Below are positions 33,157 through 43,408 of a stretch of DNA of 62,869 bases, one piece after another; the stretch's first letter is position 1, and every line of letters starts with the position of its first letter. The translations under genes were made by a program, and so were the position numbers. Source of the DNA: a virus. The stretch spans positions 1 to 62,869 of the IMG/VR virus record IMGVR_UViG_3300045988_104021. The stretch is one strand, 5' to 3'. Under the pieces are notes generated by a model. It was not told where the DNA came from. It did not search any database and saw only the letters and a program-made list of their open reading frames with translations.

Positions 33157-33678
33157 ATGAAGATAATCGCATTAAAGCCTTGCAACTTTGGTGGAAACAA
33201 GTTTTTTATCGGGGATGAAATCCCGGAAGAATTTGTTCAGAACCCAAATGAGCAGAAAAAGCGAGGTGTAATCGCAATTTCACAGGACGGCGAGAGTATT
33301 CCAATGGCACAGGTAACCGCAAAAGTTTCAGAAATGAAATTTCCGGTTGTTATCCATTCCAAAGATGGAGACCTTACCGTTGAAGTGACGCAGGATGAAA
33401 TGGGTGTATTTTTTGATATACTGCAAATCCCTGTAGCAAAGACAGAAGATAGGCAGAAAGTATCTGCATTGATTCAGTCTATTGACTCTCTCGACCTTCT
33501 CATTATGCTCGATGCATTGGATGGACGTAAGTTTGTCAAAGAGGAATCGGAGAAAAGAGCGGCTGCTATTACACCTGACGATGAAGAGGATTCGGGAACA
33601 CCGGAGCCAAACGGTGATGATGCTGACGAAAAAGAACCGGAGGGAACACCTGACGATGAGCAGGGCGGTGATGAGTAG
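33157..33678 (+). CDS. hypothetical head-associated protein with an acidic tail
   Basis: C-terminal DDEEDSGTPEPNGDDADEKEPEGTPDDEQGGDE. Confidence 0.45.
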   Translation: MKIIALKPCNFGGNKFFIGDEIPEEFVQNPNEQKKRGVIAISQDGESIPMAQVTAKVSEMKFPVVIHSKDGDLTVEVTQDEMGVFFDILQIPVAKTEDRQKVSALIQSIDSLDLLIMLDALDGRKFVKEESEKRAAAITPDDEEDSGTPEPNGDDADEKEPEGTPDDEQGGDE

Positions 33679-34079
33679 TGGCAACATACACTTATAATCC
33701 AACACAGATATATGACAAAGGATTAAACCAAATGCGGTTTGAATTGCAGGACAACATCATTGAGGGCGAGGGTATTACTTGCGCCCTCGGTGATGAAGAG
33801 TATACGGCTATCATAGAGCATGAAAAGACATGGAGAAAGGCAAAGGTTAAGTGCCTGAAAGCCATTGTTACGAAAATGGCCTATGAGGTCAATACAAGTA
33901 CTGATGGTTTGTCCTACTCGTTATCTGAACGGTACGAACGGTGGAAAGCTATGTATGACGAAGAAAAGAAAAAGGATATGGCAGCAGTTCCGACCGCTGA
34001 CCCTCTTTCTTTGCAAGGACCACCGGGAGAACCGCCGTACTTCCACACAGACCTTCACACCAACATTAGAAAACGATAG
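33678..34079 (+). CDS. putative head-tail connector protein
   Basis: Position and size only. Confidence 0.4.
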   Translation: MATYTYNPTQIYDKGLNQMRFELQDNIIEGEGITCALGDEEYTAIIEHEKTWRKAKVKCLKAIVTKMAYEVNTSTDGLSYSLSERYERWKAMYDEEKKKDMAAVPTADPLSLQGPPGEPPYFHTDLHTNIRKR

Positions 34080-34090
34080 GAGGTGTGCAT

Positions 34091-34453
34091 ATGCCTTTTT
34101 ACAGACCAGGGCAAGGGTTTAAGACCTTTACGGTAAAAAAACTCGGTAAGGCGGTAAATACGAACGGCAGAGTACAGAAAGCAGGATATGAAGATGTTGG
34201 AAACATCATCGGAATCCTTGCAACCGCCGACCAAAAGGAAATGGAGAAGTGGAAGCAACTTGGACATCCGATTACTCACAAGGTTGTTCAAGTGGGCGTT
34301 GCAAATTTTGCAGCGGCAACAAACTATCTTGTACTTTCTGAAACAGGCAAGAAAGACCGTTATTTTTACGTGCAGGGAACCGGAGACCCTGGAGAACTAC
34401 ACCATATGATGCGGTACTTCGTTGAAGAAAGGAATGATTTGAAAAATGGATGA
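34091..34453 (+). CDS. head closure / head-tail adaptor protein
   Basis: Resembles SPP1 gp16-type head-closure proteins in size and position. ATG follows AGGAGG. Confidence 0.5.
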   Translation: MPFYRPGQGFKTFTVKKLGKAVNTNGRVQKAGYEDVGNIIGILATADQKEMEKWKQLGHPITHKVVQVGVANFAAATNYLVLSETGKKDRYFYVQGTGDPGELHHMMRYFVEERNDLKNG

Positions 34454-34898
34454 TGTATCAGCAAAGATTGAAAATGTTTGCAAAGAGATATCTACTAAAA
34501 TCTCTATAGGAATGAGGTCAAGGGGATATCGAGCGGCGAACGAACTCCGAAACGCTTCACAGCTTGTCCTAAGAGGGCAAAGAAGCGGTAGAAGATATCG
34601 GGTACCTGGCACTAAAAGTTATTACACAGCGTCCGCTCCAGGAGAATCACCGGCGGTAAGAACCGGAGCATTCCGGGCAAGCTGGCAACCAAAGCAAAAG
34701 GTGAATGTTGGCACGTACAACCAAGTATCTGTTACCTCATACATAGAGAGTAGGCAGAGAACGGATAACGGCAGTTATAACCTTGGCTCATTGCTGGAAA
34801 ACGGCAGCGGAAGAATGGCACCTAGGCCATACAAGGAAAAGATACAGGAAAAGGCAAAACCGAAAATCGTTAAGATTTACAAAGAGCCTTATATGTAG
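34446..34898 (+). CDS. HK97 gp10-family tail-completion-type protein
   Basis: RGQRSGRRYRVPGTKSYYTASAPGESPAVRTGAFRASW. Confidence 0.6.
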   Translation: MDDVSAKIENVCKEISTKISIGMRSRGYRAANELRNASQLVLRGQRSGRRYRVPGTKSYYTASAPGESPAVRTGAFRASWQPKQKVNVGTYNQVSVTSYIESRQRTDNGSYNLGSLLENGSGRMAPRPYKEKIQEKAKPKIVKIYKEPYM

Positions 34899-34910
34899 AA
34901 AGGAAATGTC

Positions 34911-35786
34911 ATGGAATCAATCATTTACAACTACTTATGCGACAACATAGATGGATTAACCACATATGCAGATACTCCGGCGGTATTCAACACCAAAGCA
35001 CCGGATGACAAGGACGAGAATTGGGGCGAAGAAACACAGTTTCCTAGAATCATTTTTGACCTGAATATGCAAGCTGACCCGGAACGAAAGATATCCGGCC
35101 AGTTGATGGTTGATGTCATGTGTGAAGATAAATCGGATTCCATTTCCGTTGAGAAAATAGAAAAATCCGTAAGAGATTATGTAGATGGATGCTTTTTTTC
35201 CACATCCGACCTTACCATATCGGCTCAGTGGAGCAGTTCAAACCTCTTTGAACAGAATGACGATGATGTGATAGGAACAACCATTGTATTTGATGTGTTG
35301 GCTTATCCGTCACAAGTAACAGAATCCCCGGACCCTATAGCCGCAACAAACCTATGGATAAAAACCATCTATTCAGATGCGTATGTCATAGGCAGAGATA
35401 CACTTCCGCAAACATGGAAACCAACCGATACATCCCCAGCTATTTACTGCAGCCTTTTCAGACTTGGCGAAAGTCCAAGAATGAAAAGCACATCCGGCGT
35501 TGACTGGATAGGTGCAGAACTCCACATAAATATCATGGCACCAAGCGAAAGCGTAAGAGCCACGATATCCAAACAAATCATTCAATTGTTAAGTCATGCA
35601 ACAAGAATCATCCTCGGTGATGGTTCTCCGATGCTGATTGATAAATTAAACGTCAATTTGGCGGCTGATCCGTTAAGAACAGGTCAGGTAGTGGTGAATA
35701 CAACATATGGCGTGTTGACCACGGAAACGAAAACTATGTTACAGCACACATACATTCACGGTATGGATGCAGAAAGTGAGGTTTAG
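34911..35786 (+). CDS. hypothetical structural protein (tail-completion region)
   Basis: Position between gp10-like protein and sheath. Confidence 0.4.
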   Translation: MESIIYNYLCDNIDGLTTYADTPAVFNTKAPDDKDENWGEETQFPRIIFDLNMQADPERKISGQLMVDVMCEDKSDSISVEKIEKSVRDYVDGCFFSTSDLTISAQWSSSNLFEQNDDDVIGTTIVFDVLAYPSQVTESPDPIAATNLWIKTIYSDAYVIGRDTLPQTWKPTDTSPAIYCSLFRLGESPRMKSTSGVDWIGAELHINIMAPSESVRATISKQIIQLLSHATRIILGDGSPMLIDKLNVNLAADPLRTGQVVVNTTYGVLTTETKTMLQHTYIHGMDAESEV

Positions 35787-35788
35787 TC

Positions 35789-36040
35789 ATGGCAAACAAC
35801 AATAATGCCACGGTGAATAAGGCAAATGTTTCTGTCCCTCAAAAGCAGAAATCCGAGCCGAAAGTGGCAAAGAACGAACCAACCTATACGGTTGAAGAGT
35901 TCGCAGCCGCACCACAGTCCGTTGGGACGGAAAGTCCTGACATTGTAATCGCTGCTTTGTCGGTAGAGGGAAAAACATCCTATACCGTCAGTGAAGCAGA
36001 GGAAATCGTTAAGAAATTCAAAAAGAAGGAGGTAAAGTAG
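35789..36040 (+). CDS. small hypothetical structural-module protein
   Basis: Coupled ORF upstream of the sheath gene. Confidence 0.4.
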   Translation: MANNNNATVNKANVSVPQKQKSEPKVAKNEPTYTVEEFAAAPQSVGTESPDIVIAALSVEGKTSYTVSEAEEIVKKFKKKEVK

Positions 36041-36041
36041 A

Positions 36042-37448
36042 ATGGGCGCATTTTACAACGTAGGCGAGCAGAAAGTCAGACCGGGCGTTTACAGACGCTA
36101 TGAGAATGTCGGAAGCTCATCGGTACCAGGAGCAATCTATGGAGTATTTGCTATGGCAATTCATTCCGATATCGGACCGCTCGCAACCGTATCCACTTAC
36201 GGAAGAGAGGACATTGAAGAGTTCAAAAAAGCATACGGAACAGGCGGTACAGCCGATGCCGTTCTGAAACTGTTTGAGGGCGGTGCAACAAAAGTATTTG
36301 TTTACCGTTTAGGAACAGGCGGTACAAAAGCATCCGTAACCCTGAAAGCATCAGGTGACACGGAGCTTGTTACACTTACGACAAAATCCGAAACCGCCAA
36401 CGAATTTTCCGTCACTGTTAAAGCAAAACTCGGAAGTGAAACCACAAAACAGATTCTTGTTTATGAAGGTTCAACGCTTCTTGAAACCATTGATTTCACA
36501 ACTGGAACAAGTGATAGTGCAAATCTCGTTGCCGCTGTCAATGAATTATCCGATTATTTGACAGCCACAAAGGTAGCAGATGGACTTGTTGCAGCAGTTG
36601 CAAATGAAAGTCTTTCAGGCGGTGTTGCTCCTACAGTAGACACAGAATCTTACTCAACGGCATTTGCCGCTTTTGAATCTTTCAAGTGGAATGTGATGGT
36701 TCTTGATACGGTTGATACAACGGTACACGCACTTGTTAAGGCATACATTGACCGTATCTTCAAAGAAGGTGCATTGGGGGTATGTATGCTCGGAGAGCCA
36801 ACAACCGTTGCATTTGACACAAGAAAGGCACACGCAGCCGCTTTCAATGACGAGAAGATTATCTATCTCGGTAGTGGTTATGAAGATTCCGATGGCAACA
36901 AGGTTGATGGATATCTTTCCATCGCTACACAGGCAGGTATCATCGGTTCCCTTGAAAGCAATACATCCGCAACTCATACGGTTATTCCGGGAGCGGTAAA
37001 CACCATCGAGGTTTTGAAAAACTCCCAGTATGAAGATGCAATCAAAAACGGTATGATTCTTCTTTCCCCGAACGATGAAGGTCAGGTGTGGTTTGATTCC
37101 GCTATCAATACCCTTGTTACACCGGGAGAGAATCAGGATGATGGATGGAAGAAAATCCGCAGAACGTCTACACGTTTTGAGATGTTCGACCGTATCGACC
37201 GTGCGCTTGCACCGTTGATCGGTAAAGTAAATTGCGACAACATCGGTATCGGTGATTGTATCAACGCTGCACAGTCTGTACTTGATGCCATGGTAGATGA
37301 AGCGAAGCTGAAAGAAGGAGCATCTTTTGCAGAAGATGAGACGAAACAGAGAGGTCCTGATTATGCATACTTTGTTATCGAAGCAGATGACCTTGACAGC
37401 CTTGAGAAAATCTATCTGACCTATCAGTTCAGATTTTCAGCAGAATAA
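36042..37448 (+). CDS. contractile tail sheath protein (XkdK-like)
   Basis: 468 aa. N-terminus GEQKVRPGVYRRYENVG. Followed by tube and chaperone genes. Confidence 0.8.
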   Translation: MGAFYNVGEQKVRPGVYRRYENVGSSSVPGAIYGVFAMAIHSDIGPLATVSTYGREDIEEFKKAYGTGGTADAVLKLFEGGATKVFVYRLGTGGTKASVTLKASGDTELVTLTTKSETANEFSVTVKAKLGSETTKQILVYEGSTLLETIDFTTGTSDSANLVAAVNELSDYLTATKVADGLVAAVANESLSGGVAPTVDTESYSTAFAAFESFKWNVMVLDTVDTTVHALVKAYIDRIFKEGALGVCMLGEPTTVAFDTRKAHAAAFNDEKIIYLGSGYEDSDGNKVDGYLSIATQAGIIGSLESNTSATHTVIPGAVNTIEVLKNSQYEDAIKNGMILLSPNDEGQVWFDSAINTLVTPGENQDDGWKKIRRTSTRFEMFDRIDRALAPLIGKVNCDNIGIGDCINAAQSVLDAMVDEAKLKEGASFAEDETKQRGPDYAYFVIEADDLDSLEKIYLTYQFRFSAE

Positions 37449-37465
37449 GAGAGGAGTGAAAAAAG

Positions 37466-37930
37466 ATGGCAGATGAAAGATTAGACCCACGGAAGGTAAT
37501 GACCGGACATGATGGCAAGTTATATGTCGTTGTTGATGGAAAATCTATCTTCCTTGCGAATGTAGATACATTCCAGGCACAGTTAAATTTCTCGAATATC
37601 GACTTCAACCCGGTTGGAGACAGATGGACATATCCGATCCAGGGTAATGTTTCCGGTAACCTGACTATCACGGAAGCGGTGGTTTCAGACGAGTTCACCC
37701 TTGGACCTGTTCTCGATGCAATCGCAGCTGGAAAGAAAATTTTCTATCAGTTCCGTGGTGTGCTTGACCGTGAGTATGACGCAAAGCAGGAGGATATCAC
37801 TTACAAAGAGTGTGTTCCTGATGGCACATGGGATATTCAGAACCTTACACCTGGTGATGTTATCAAACGTGCGCTTGGATTCCGCATGGGCGTAGTACCT
37901 ACAAGATTAAAGCAGAACGCTTTATCATAA
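37466..37930 (+). CDS. tail tube protein (XkdM-like)
   Basis: LDPRKVMTGHDGKLYV...ANVDTFQAQLNFSN...GNLTITE. Confidence 0.75.
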   Translation: MADERLDPRKVMTGHDGKLYVVVDGKSIFLANVDTFQAQLNFSNIDFNPVGDRWTYPIQGNVSGNLTITEAVVSDEFTLGPVLDAIAAGKKIFYQFRGVLDREYDAKQEDITYKECVPDGTWDIQNLTPGDVIKRALGFRMGVVPTRLKQNALS

Positions 37931-37958
37931 AAAATTAAATTTATAGGAGGAAATTATC

Positions 37959-38474
37959 ATGACCGCAGAAAATGAAAAAAAACCTACAGGACTTCCAAAT
38001 CAGGAAGTTATTGACCGTAACGAAGAGGATATGATTACCGGATTGCTTGCAGCCGCTGACTACGCAGATGACGAAAGCATTCAGAAGAGAATGCTGATTC
38101 GCAGAAATGGAAAAGAAATGTTCAGTTTCAATATCCGTCCGCTTGGTGAGCCGGAATTGCAGAAAATCCGCAAACAGTCCACTCCTTACTACCCTAACCC
38201 AGAGGGCAAGAGACTTCCTAAGATTGAGGGAGAAATCCGCTATGGCGAGTTCAAGAGCCGTAAAATTTATGCGGCAACGGTAGATGCCGACAAAGAGAAA
38301 CTTTGGGATAACCCTAAAGTTAAAAGCGGATTGGCTGCCAAAGGGCATGACATCATTGAGAATTGGGAAATCATTGACGCTGTTCTTATGGCCGGCGAGA
38401 AGAATCAGATTAGTGATGCAATTGACGATATCAGCGGATACGACATGGATTTGACTGAATACGCAAAAAACTAA
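37959..38474 (+). CDS. tail assembly chaperone (XkdN-like), short product
   Basis: Position between tube and tape measure. Ends at the slippery site. Confidence 0.7.
   Translation: MTAENEKKPTGLPNQEVIDRNEEDMITGLLAAADYADDESIQKRMLIRRNGKEMFSFNIRPLGEPELQKIRKQSTPYYPNPEGKRLPKIEGEIRYGEFKSRKIYAATVDADKEKLWDNPKVKSGLAAKGHDIIENWEIIDAVLMAGEKNQISDAIDDISGYDMDLTEYAKN
38465..38471 (+). promoter_or_regulatory. -1 programmed ribosomal frameshift heptamer A_AAA_AAC
   Basis: The 0-frame codons AAA AAC are followed immediately by TAA. The -1 frame stays open to 38668. Confidence 0.7.
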
Positions 38475-38488
38475 TTGAGTCCTCATCC

Positions 38489-38668
38489 ATGGCACAGTTA
38501 CTGGAACACATCTTTTGTGAGTTCGGTGTGATGCCGGATGAGGTGATGAGTAAACCGGAAGGTGCAAGGGCATTTATGTTCGCTTGCGCCATCCGGGATA
38601 TTGGTGGAGAAACATTTCACTCAAAGAAACAACAAGGGCAAGTACGTTGTCCGTTATTACAATCTTAG
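38489..38668 (+). CDS. -1 frame extension of the tail chaperone (or a separate 59-aa ORF)
   Basis: Open in the -1 frame from 38465. Contains MAQLLEHIFCEFGVMPDEVMSKPEG.... Confidence 0.6.
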   Translation: MAQLLEHIFCEFGVMPDEVMSKPEGARAFMFACAIRDIGGETFHSKKQQGQVRCPLLQS

Positions 38669-38689
38669 CAGGAAGGAGGTAGTGTCAGC

Positions 38690-41600
38690 ATGGCAGCAGA
38701 AACAATTGTGATCGAGGTTAGAGCCGATTTTAAGAATAACATGGGTTCCGGTATGAGCGGTGCAACGAGCCAGGTTGATAAATTCAATCAGAGCGTTGAC
38801 AAATCCAAAGAGAAAATGAGACAACTCGGTGGACAGAACGCCCAGCCAAAGGTGAGTCTTGTTGACCGTGCTTCTTCAAAACTTAGTACCCTTGGTTCTA
38901 AACTGAACAGATTTGTCAGCAAACCGTGGAAAATAGGTGTCAGTATTGTAAATAAGACAGGTCACGTTCTTAGCAGGATTAAGAACTCTCTGTTTTCGTT
39001 GAAATCACTTGCACTAACCATAGGTGGTGCGCTGGCGGTAAAGACAGTTGCTCAAAAAGGAATCATGGAGCCTATCGGACTAGCTGACCAGTATTCCTCC
39101 GCTAAGATTGGTTTCTCTACCCTTTTAGGTAATAAAAAAGGGCAGCAGATGATGAATGATTTGGATGTGTTTGCAAAGAAAACTCCATTCAAGACCAGTA
39201 ACACGATTGAACAGGCTCAAAAGCTGGTTGCCATGGGTTGGGATGCTAAAAACATCGTAAGGGATATGTATACAATCGGTGACGCAGCGGCAGCAACCGG
39301 TAAAGGTGATGAGGGATTACAAAGAATCTCTCTTGCACTCTCACAGATTAAGTCAAAAGGTAAGTTATCGACCGAAGAATTGAACCAGTTAGCAGAAGCA
39401 GGAATCTCCGCAAAGAGATATATTGCTGAAGGCTTAGGATATGGTTCTGGAGATAAAGGTCTTGCCAAAATGGCGAAAGACCTTGAGGGTGGTAAAATAA
39501 TGGCAAACGAAGCCATAGATGCCATCCTGAAAGGTATGAAAGAGTATAAAGGAATGATGGATAAGACCGCTAATGAAACCGTGGAAGGTCTTAAATCACA
39601 GATTGAAGATACATTTGAAATCAATGTTTTCCGTAAATGGGGACAAGGATTGCAGGATGGAGCAAAGAAAGGTTTAGGCTCTATCGTTGGATTATTAGAC
39701 AAAAGTGAGGACGGCTTAAAATCTTTAGGCGATAACCTCTATAAAATTGGAAAACAACTCTCTAACTGGGCGGCAGGCAAGTTAGAGGGAACTATAGATA
39801 AGATTATGAAGCTGACGGACACAAAGAAATTCAAAGATGCGTCAGTGTTTGGAAAAATCGGCATGATTGCCGGAACGACATGGGATGAACTCATTGCGAA
39901 ACCGTTCGGCAGTTGGTGGGATTCCACCGGTAAGCCTTACATAGAGGGCAAATTTAAGGACTTTGGAAAGATGATGGGTAAAGGCTTAACGAATGCCACA
40001 ATGGCTCTTGGAAAAGGCATTCTAACGCTTCTCGGAGTAGATACAAGTGGGATGGAAGTGTTTAAGGAAGCATCTGACGTTGGAAGCAACTTCGGAAAGG
40101 GATTTGCTGAAGGCTTCGATGGTAAAAAAGTTATGAATACAATCAAAGATGTATTCGTTTCTGGATTCAAAGCATTGTTTAACGGCAAAGGTGGCGTTCT
40201 TGGGAACATCATAAAGGCTGGAATTACACTGAAACTGACATCCGGAATACTCTCCGCTTTTTCTTCGGTTGCAGGGTTATGGAATGGTACCGGCGGTGCA
40301 GCCGGAAGTGTGACAAGCGGTGGCGGCGTGTTATCAGGTGTCGGACTAAAAGGTGTTATTGGTTCGGCAGGAAATGGAACTGGACTTTTAGGATTTGGTG
40401 CAAATACGGCTATCCGCTTAGGAGCAGGAAATCTTGCTGGCGGTGCATCATTAAGTGCTGGAGCATTATCCGCTCTTGGCCTTGGAGCAACCGCAGGTGG
40501 TATTGTAGGCGGCATTGGATTATATCAAGGTGGCAAAGATGTATACAAGGCAGTCAAAGCAAATAATTCAAATGACAAAAAGCACTATGGCTGGCGTGGC
40601 GGTACAAAACTTGGAATGGTAGGTGCAGGAGCACTCGCTGGTGCTGCTATCGGTGGACCTGTAGGCGCATTGATTGGTGCAGGTATTGGCGGTGTAGGCG
40701 CACTTTGGAAAGGTAATGACGTTGCTGATTCTATATCAGGTGTTACGAAGTCCACTAAAGAACTTAACGAGGAAGCTGAAAAACTTGCCAAAAAAGACAT
40801 GAAAAAAAGGTTCGGAGAGTGGTCCTTATCCGCTGATGAAGTATCTTCAAAGGTTAAGAAGATTATCGGCGAAGATACCATTCGCCGTGTAAACAAATTC
40901 AATCAGAGTATGTCTGATCTGAACGAAGTAAGAGATGAACTTGCTGACAAAAAATATACGATTGACTACGCTGGTGCAATGATTAAAGGCGGTGGAAAGT
41001 TATCTGCATCCGATATTGACGAGTATAAGACCGCTCTTGAGGGTTACGCATCCACTACAAAGAATTTGCTTACAACAAACAAAAAAAGCACACGGTCAGC
41101 GTTCCAGTTGCTCTATGGTGACGATACAAAGGGACTTGCAAAAATGACAAAGGGAATGGAAAAGACCTATTCCGGATTAGAGGGCAAGTTAGCGAAGAAA
41201 TCAAAGAAACTTAATGATGTGATTGCCAAAGCCTTTGAAGATGGAAAGATCACCATTGATGAGCAAAAAAAGATTGAAGAAATTGTCGGTCAGATAGAGG
41301 ATATTCAAGATAAGGTAGAGGAACGAGTTAAAAAGGTAGCCGAAGCCGAATCAAAAGCATCCTACGACCTTATCAAACAGAAATATTCATACAAAGATTT
41401 GACGCCGGATTCTTTCAAATCTTTGGTAGGCGAATTGAACGCACAGAATGAAACAAACATGAAAGCCTATGACGATGCTTATATCAAGGCAAAAGCCGAG
41501 ATTGATGTTGAATTCAAAGAGGGAACAATCAACGAAAAACAGTATAAAAAGAAACTGAAAGAGATTGAGGACAAATGGAGAAATGGAAAAGCGGAAACCA

Positions 41601-43396
41601 TCAAGGCAAGCGTGAACGTCTCTCTTGATGTTCTGAAAACAAATTACAGTGATAGTTTTTCAAAGATTGAGAAAGCCGTGTCTGGAAAGGGTTTGAAAAA
41701 CTCCGCTCTATCGTTAGCGTCAATGACACACTATACAAAAAATGGAATGGAACATATATCTTGGGATAAAAAAGCTGACGTAAAGTGGCTCAAAGAACAA
41801 AAAGAATCATTCCTAAAAGGTGCCGGAATAGATAAAAAGATGCAGAAAGAAATGTCCGAGTTATATGAATCTATGAAACCGCAGGAAAAAGACTTGCTTG
41901 AACTCAAAAAGTCATATGAGGATGCCGGTAAGAAAGTACCTCAGTGGATTCAGGATTCTCTTTCTGACATTGAGAATGTCAAGCTGATGTCAGGCAATAA
42001 CGATGCTTTCTACAGCATTATAGGCAAGCAGATGGCGCAGCAAGACCCGGAACAAGCTAGGGCTCTGCTACAAGCGAAAGGAGAAGAACTTCCGAAATAC
42101 TTAAAAGAAGGCATAGAGGAAGGTTTGTCAGAGTTTGAGGTTGATACCAATTTGAAACTGACAGCAAATGAAGGTATTGACACATCAAAGCTGGACAGTG
42201 AAACAAAAGATGTTGTGAATAAACTGAAAAGTAAAGGCTTAATTGTAGAAAAAGACGGAAAGGTAAAAATCAGCACTAAAGATGGAAAGATTGATACAAC
42301 CGGTCTTGATAAAAAAACAAAAGATGCTGTCCGGGAATTGGAAAAGAAAGGCATTATCAAGATTGACAAAAAAGGCAATGTGAAAATCAAAGCCAAAGTT
42401 AATACAAAGGATGCCGAAAAGAAATCCAAAGATAAGACCAAAAAGAACCTTGGAAAGAAGCAAAATGTTAAGAAGAACGCCAACGTAAAAGTTAAGTCCA
42501 AGACAAAAACTTCAGATGAAGAAAAGAAATGTAAGGAAAAGGTTAAGAGAAGTCTTGGCAAGAAGCAGAATGTCAAGAAAAAAGCGAATGTAAAAGTTGA
42601 TTCAAAGACAAATACTGCAAGTGCCAAGAAGAAATCGAATGCCAAAGTCAAAAAAGAAATGAGCAAAAAACTATCGCTCAAAAAGACGGCAACTGTAAAT
42701 GTCAAGGATGACACTAAGACGGCAGACGCAAAGAAAAACTCTGAAAGCAAAATCAAAACCGACTTACAAGGTCCAGTGGCTGCAAAGACAAGGACCAATG
42801 TAACGGCGAGCTTCGGTGGTTTTAACGGAACGCTGTCAACTCTTAAAAACACGGTATTTAATAAAATTAAGAGTGACCTTGCAAGTACAACTGCAACCAC
42901 AACCGTAAATATCAAAGCAAGACGCATCGGCGGACCTACTGCAAAACAACAAGAAGGACACAATGCAAATGGTAGCCGCATCGACCGTGAAACTCTCACG
43001 TGGGTTGGCGAGAACAACAACCGTGAGTACATCATCCCTACCACAAGCGGAAAGAGAAAAAGAGGACTTTCCTTGTGGCTGCAAGCCGGAAAAGACCTCG
43101 GCGTGATGAATAACGCTGACGGCGGTGTTTATGGTTCTACTTCAGGTAGTGGTTCAGTTTATGGCAGACTTCTCACAGAAAGAGAAGGTTATGATTCTGT
43201 GAAAGAAGCAGAATCATCACAGACACCATCAAGAAATGGAAAGGTTGAAATCAATGTCGGCGGTGTAACCATTGAAATCAATTCGAGTGGTGACGGTATT
43301 CCGGCTGACGTTGAGAACAATAAGGACAAAATTATTTCCAGCATTGCTGACGCATTAGAACAAGCATGGCAGAATATGCCGGTTGCTACAGAATAG
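38690..43396 (+). CDS. tape measure protein
   Basis: 1568 aa. G/A-rich hydrophobic middle and K-rich tandem repeats near the C-terminus. Confidence 0.9.
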   Translation: MAAETIVIEVRADFKNNMGSGMSGATSQVDKFNQSVDKSKEKMRQLGGQNAQPKVSLVDRASSKLSTLGSKLNRFVSKPWKIGVSIVNKTGHVLSRIKNSLFSLKSLALTIGGALAVKTVAQKGIMEPIGLADQYSSAKIGFSTLLGNKKGQQMMNDLDVFAKKTPFKTSNTIEQAQKLVAMGWDAKNIVRDMYTIGDAAAATGKGDEGLQRISLALSQIKSKGKLSTEELNQLAEAGISAKRYIAEGLGYGSGDKGLAKMAKDLEGGKIMANEAIDAILKGMKEYKGMMDKTANETVEGLKSQIEDTFEINVFRKWGQGLQDGAKKGLGSIVGLLDKSEDGLKSLGDNLYKIGKQLSNWAAGKLEGTIDKIMKLTDTKKFKDASVFGKIGMIAGTTWDELIAKPFGSWWDSTGKPYIEGKFKDFGKMMGKGLTNATMALGKGILTLLGVDTSGMEVFKEASDVGSNFGKGFAEGFDGKKVMNTIKDVFVSGFKALFNGKGGVLGNIIKAGITLKLTSGILSAFSSVAGLWNGTGGAAGSVTSGGGVLSGVGLKGVIGSAGNGTGLLGFGANTAIRLGAGNLAGGASLSAGALSALGLGATAGGIVGGIGLYQGGKDVYKAVKANNSNDKKHYGWRGGTKLGMVGAGALAGAAIGGPVGALIGAGIGGVGALWKGNDVADSISGVTKSTKELNEEAEKLAKKDMKKRFGEWSLSADEVSSKVKKIIGEDTIRRVNKFNQSMSDLNEVRDELADKKYTIDYAGAMIKGGGKLSASDIDEYKTALEGYASTTKNLLTTNKKSTRSAFQLLYGDDTKGLAKMTKGMEKTYSGLEGKLAKKSKKLNDVIAKAFEDGKITIDEQKKIEEIVGQIEDIQDKVEERVKKVAEAESKASYDLIKQKYSYKDLTPDSFKSLVGELNAQNETNMKAYDDAYIKAKAEIDVEFKEGTINEKQYKKKLKEIEDKWRNGKAETIKASVNVSLDVLKTNYSDSFSKIEKAVSGKGLKNSALSLASMTHYTKNGMEHISWDKKADVKWLKEQKESFLKGAGIDKKMQKEMSELYESMKPQEKDLLELKKSYEDAGKKVPQWIQDSLSDIENVKLMSGNNDAFYSIIGKQMAQQDPEQARALLQAKGEELPKYLKEGIEEGLSEFEVDTNLKLTANEGIDTSKLDSETKDVVNKLKSKGLIVEKDGKVKISTKDGKIDTTGLDKKTKDAVRELEKKGIIKIDKKGNVKIKAKVNTKDAEKKSKDKTKKNLGKKQNVKKNANVKVKSKTKTSDEEKKCKEKVKRSLGKKQNVKKKANVKVDSKTNTASAKKKSNAKVKKEMSKKLSLKKTATVNVKDDTKTADAKKNSESKIKTDLQGPVAAKTRTNVTASFGGFNGTLSTLKNTVFNKIKSDLASTTATTTVNIKARRIGGPTAKQQEGHNANGSRIDRETLTWVGENNNREYIIPTTSGKRKRGLSLWLQAGKDLGVMNNADGGVYGSTSGSGSVYGRLLTEREGYDSVKEAESSQTPSRNGKVEINVGGVTIEINSSGDGIPADVENNKDKIISSIADALEQAWQNMPVATE

Positions 43397-43408
43397 GGGG
43401 TGTTACTT

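Noticed and set aside
42010-43044. A 344-aa antisense ORF inside the tape measure gene. Similar antisense ORFs occur at 39937..40515, 19754..20380, 37941..38573 and 24022..24564.
   Set aside because: They lie opposite strongly supported genes. They arise from Lys/Gly-rich codon repeats read backwards (L/F/S/P-rich low complexity). They have no RBS.
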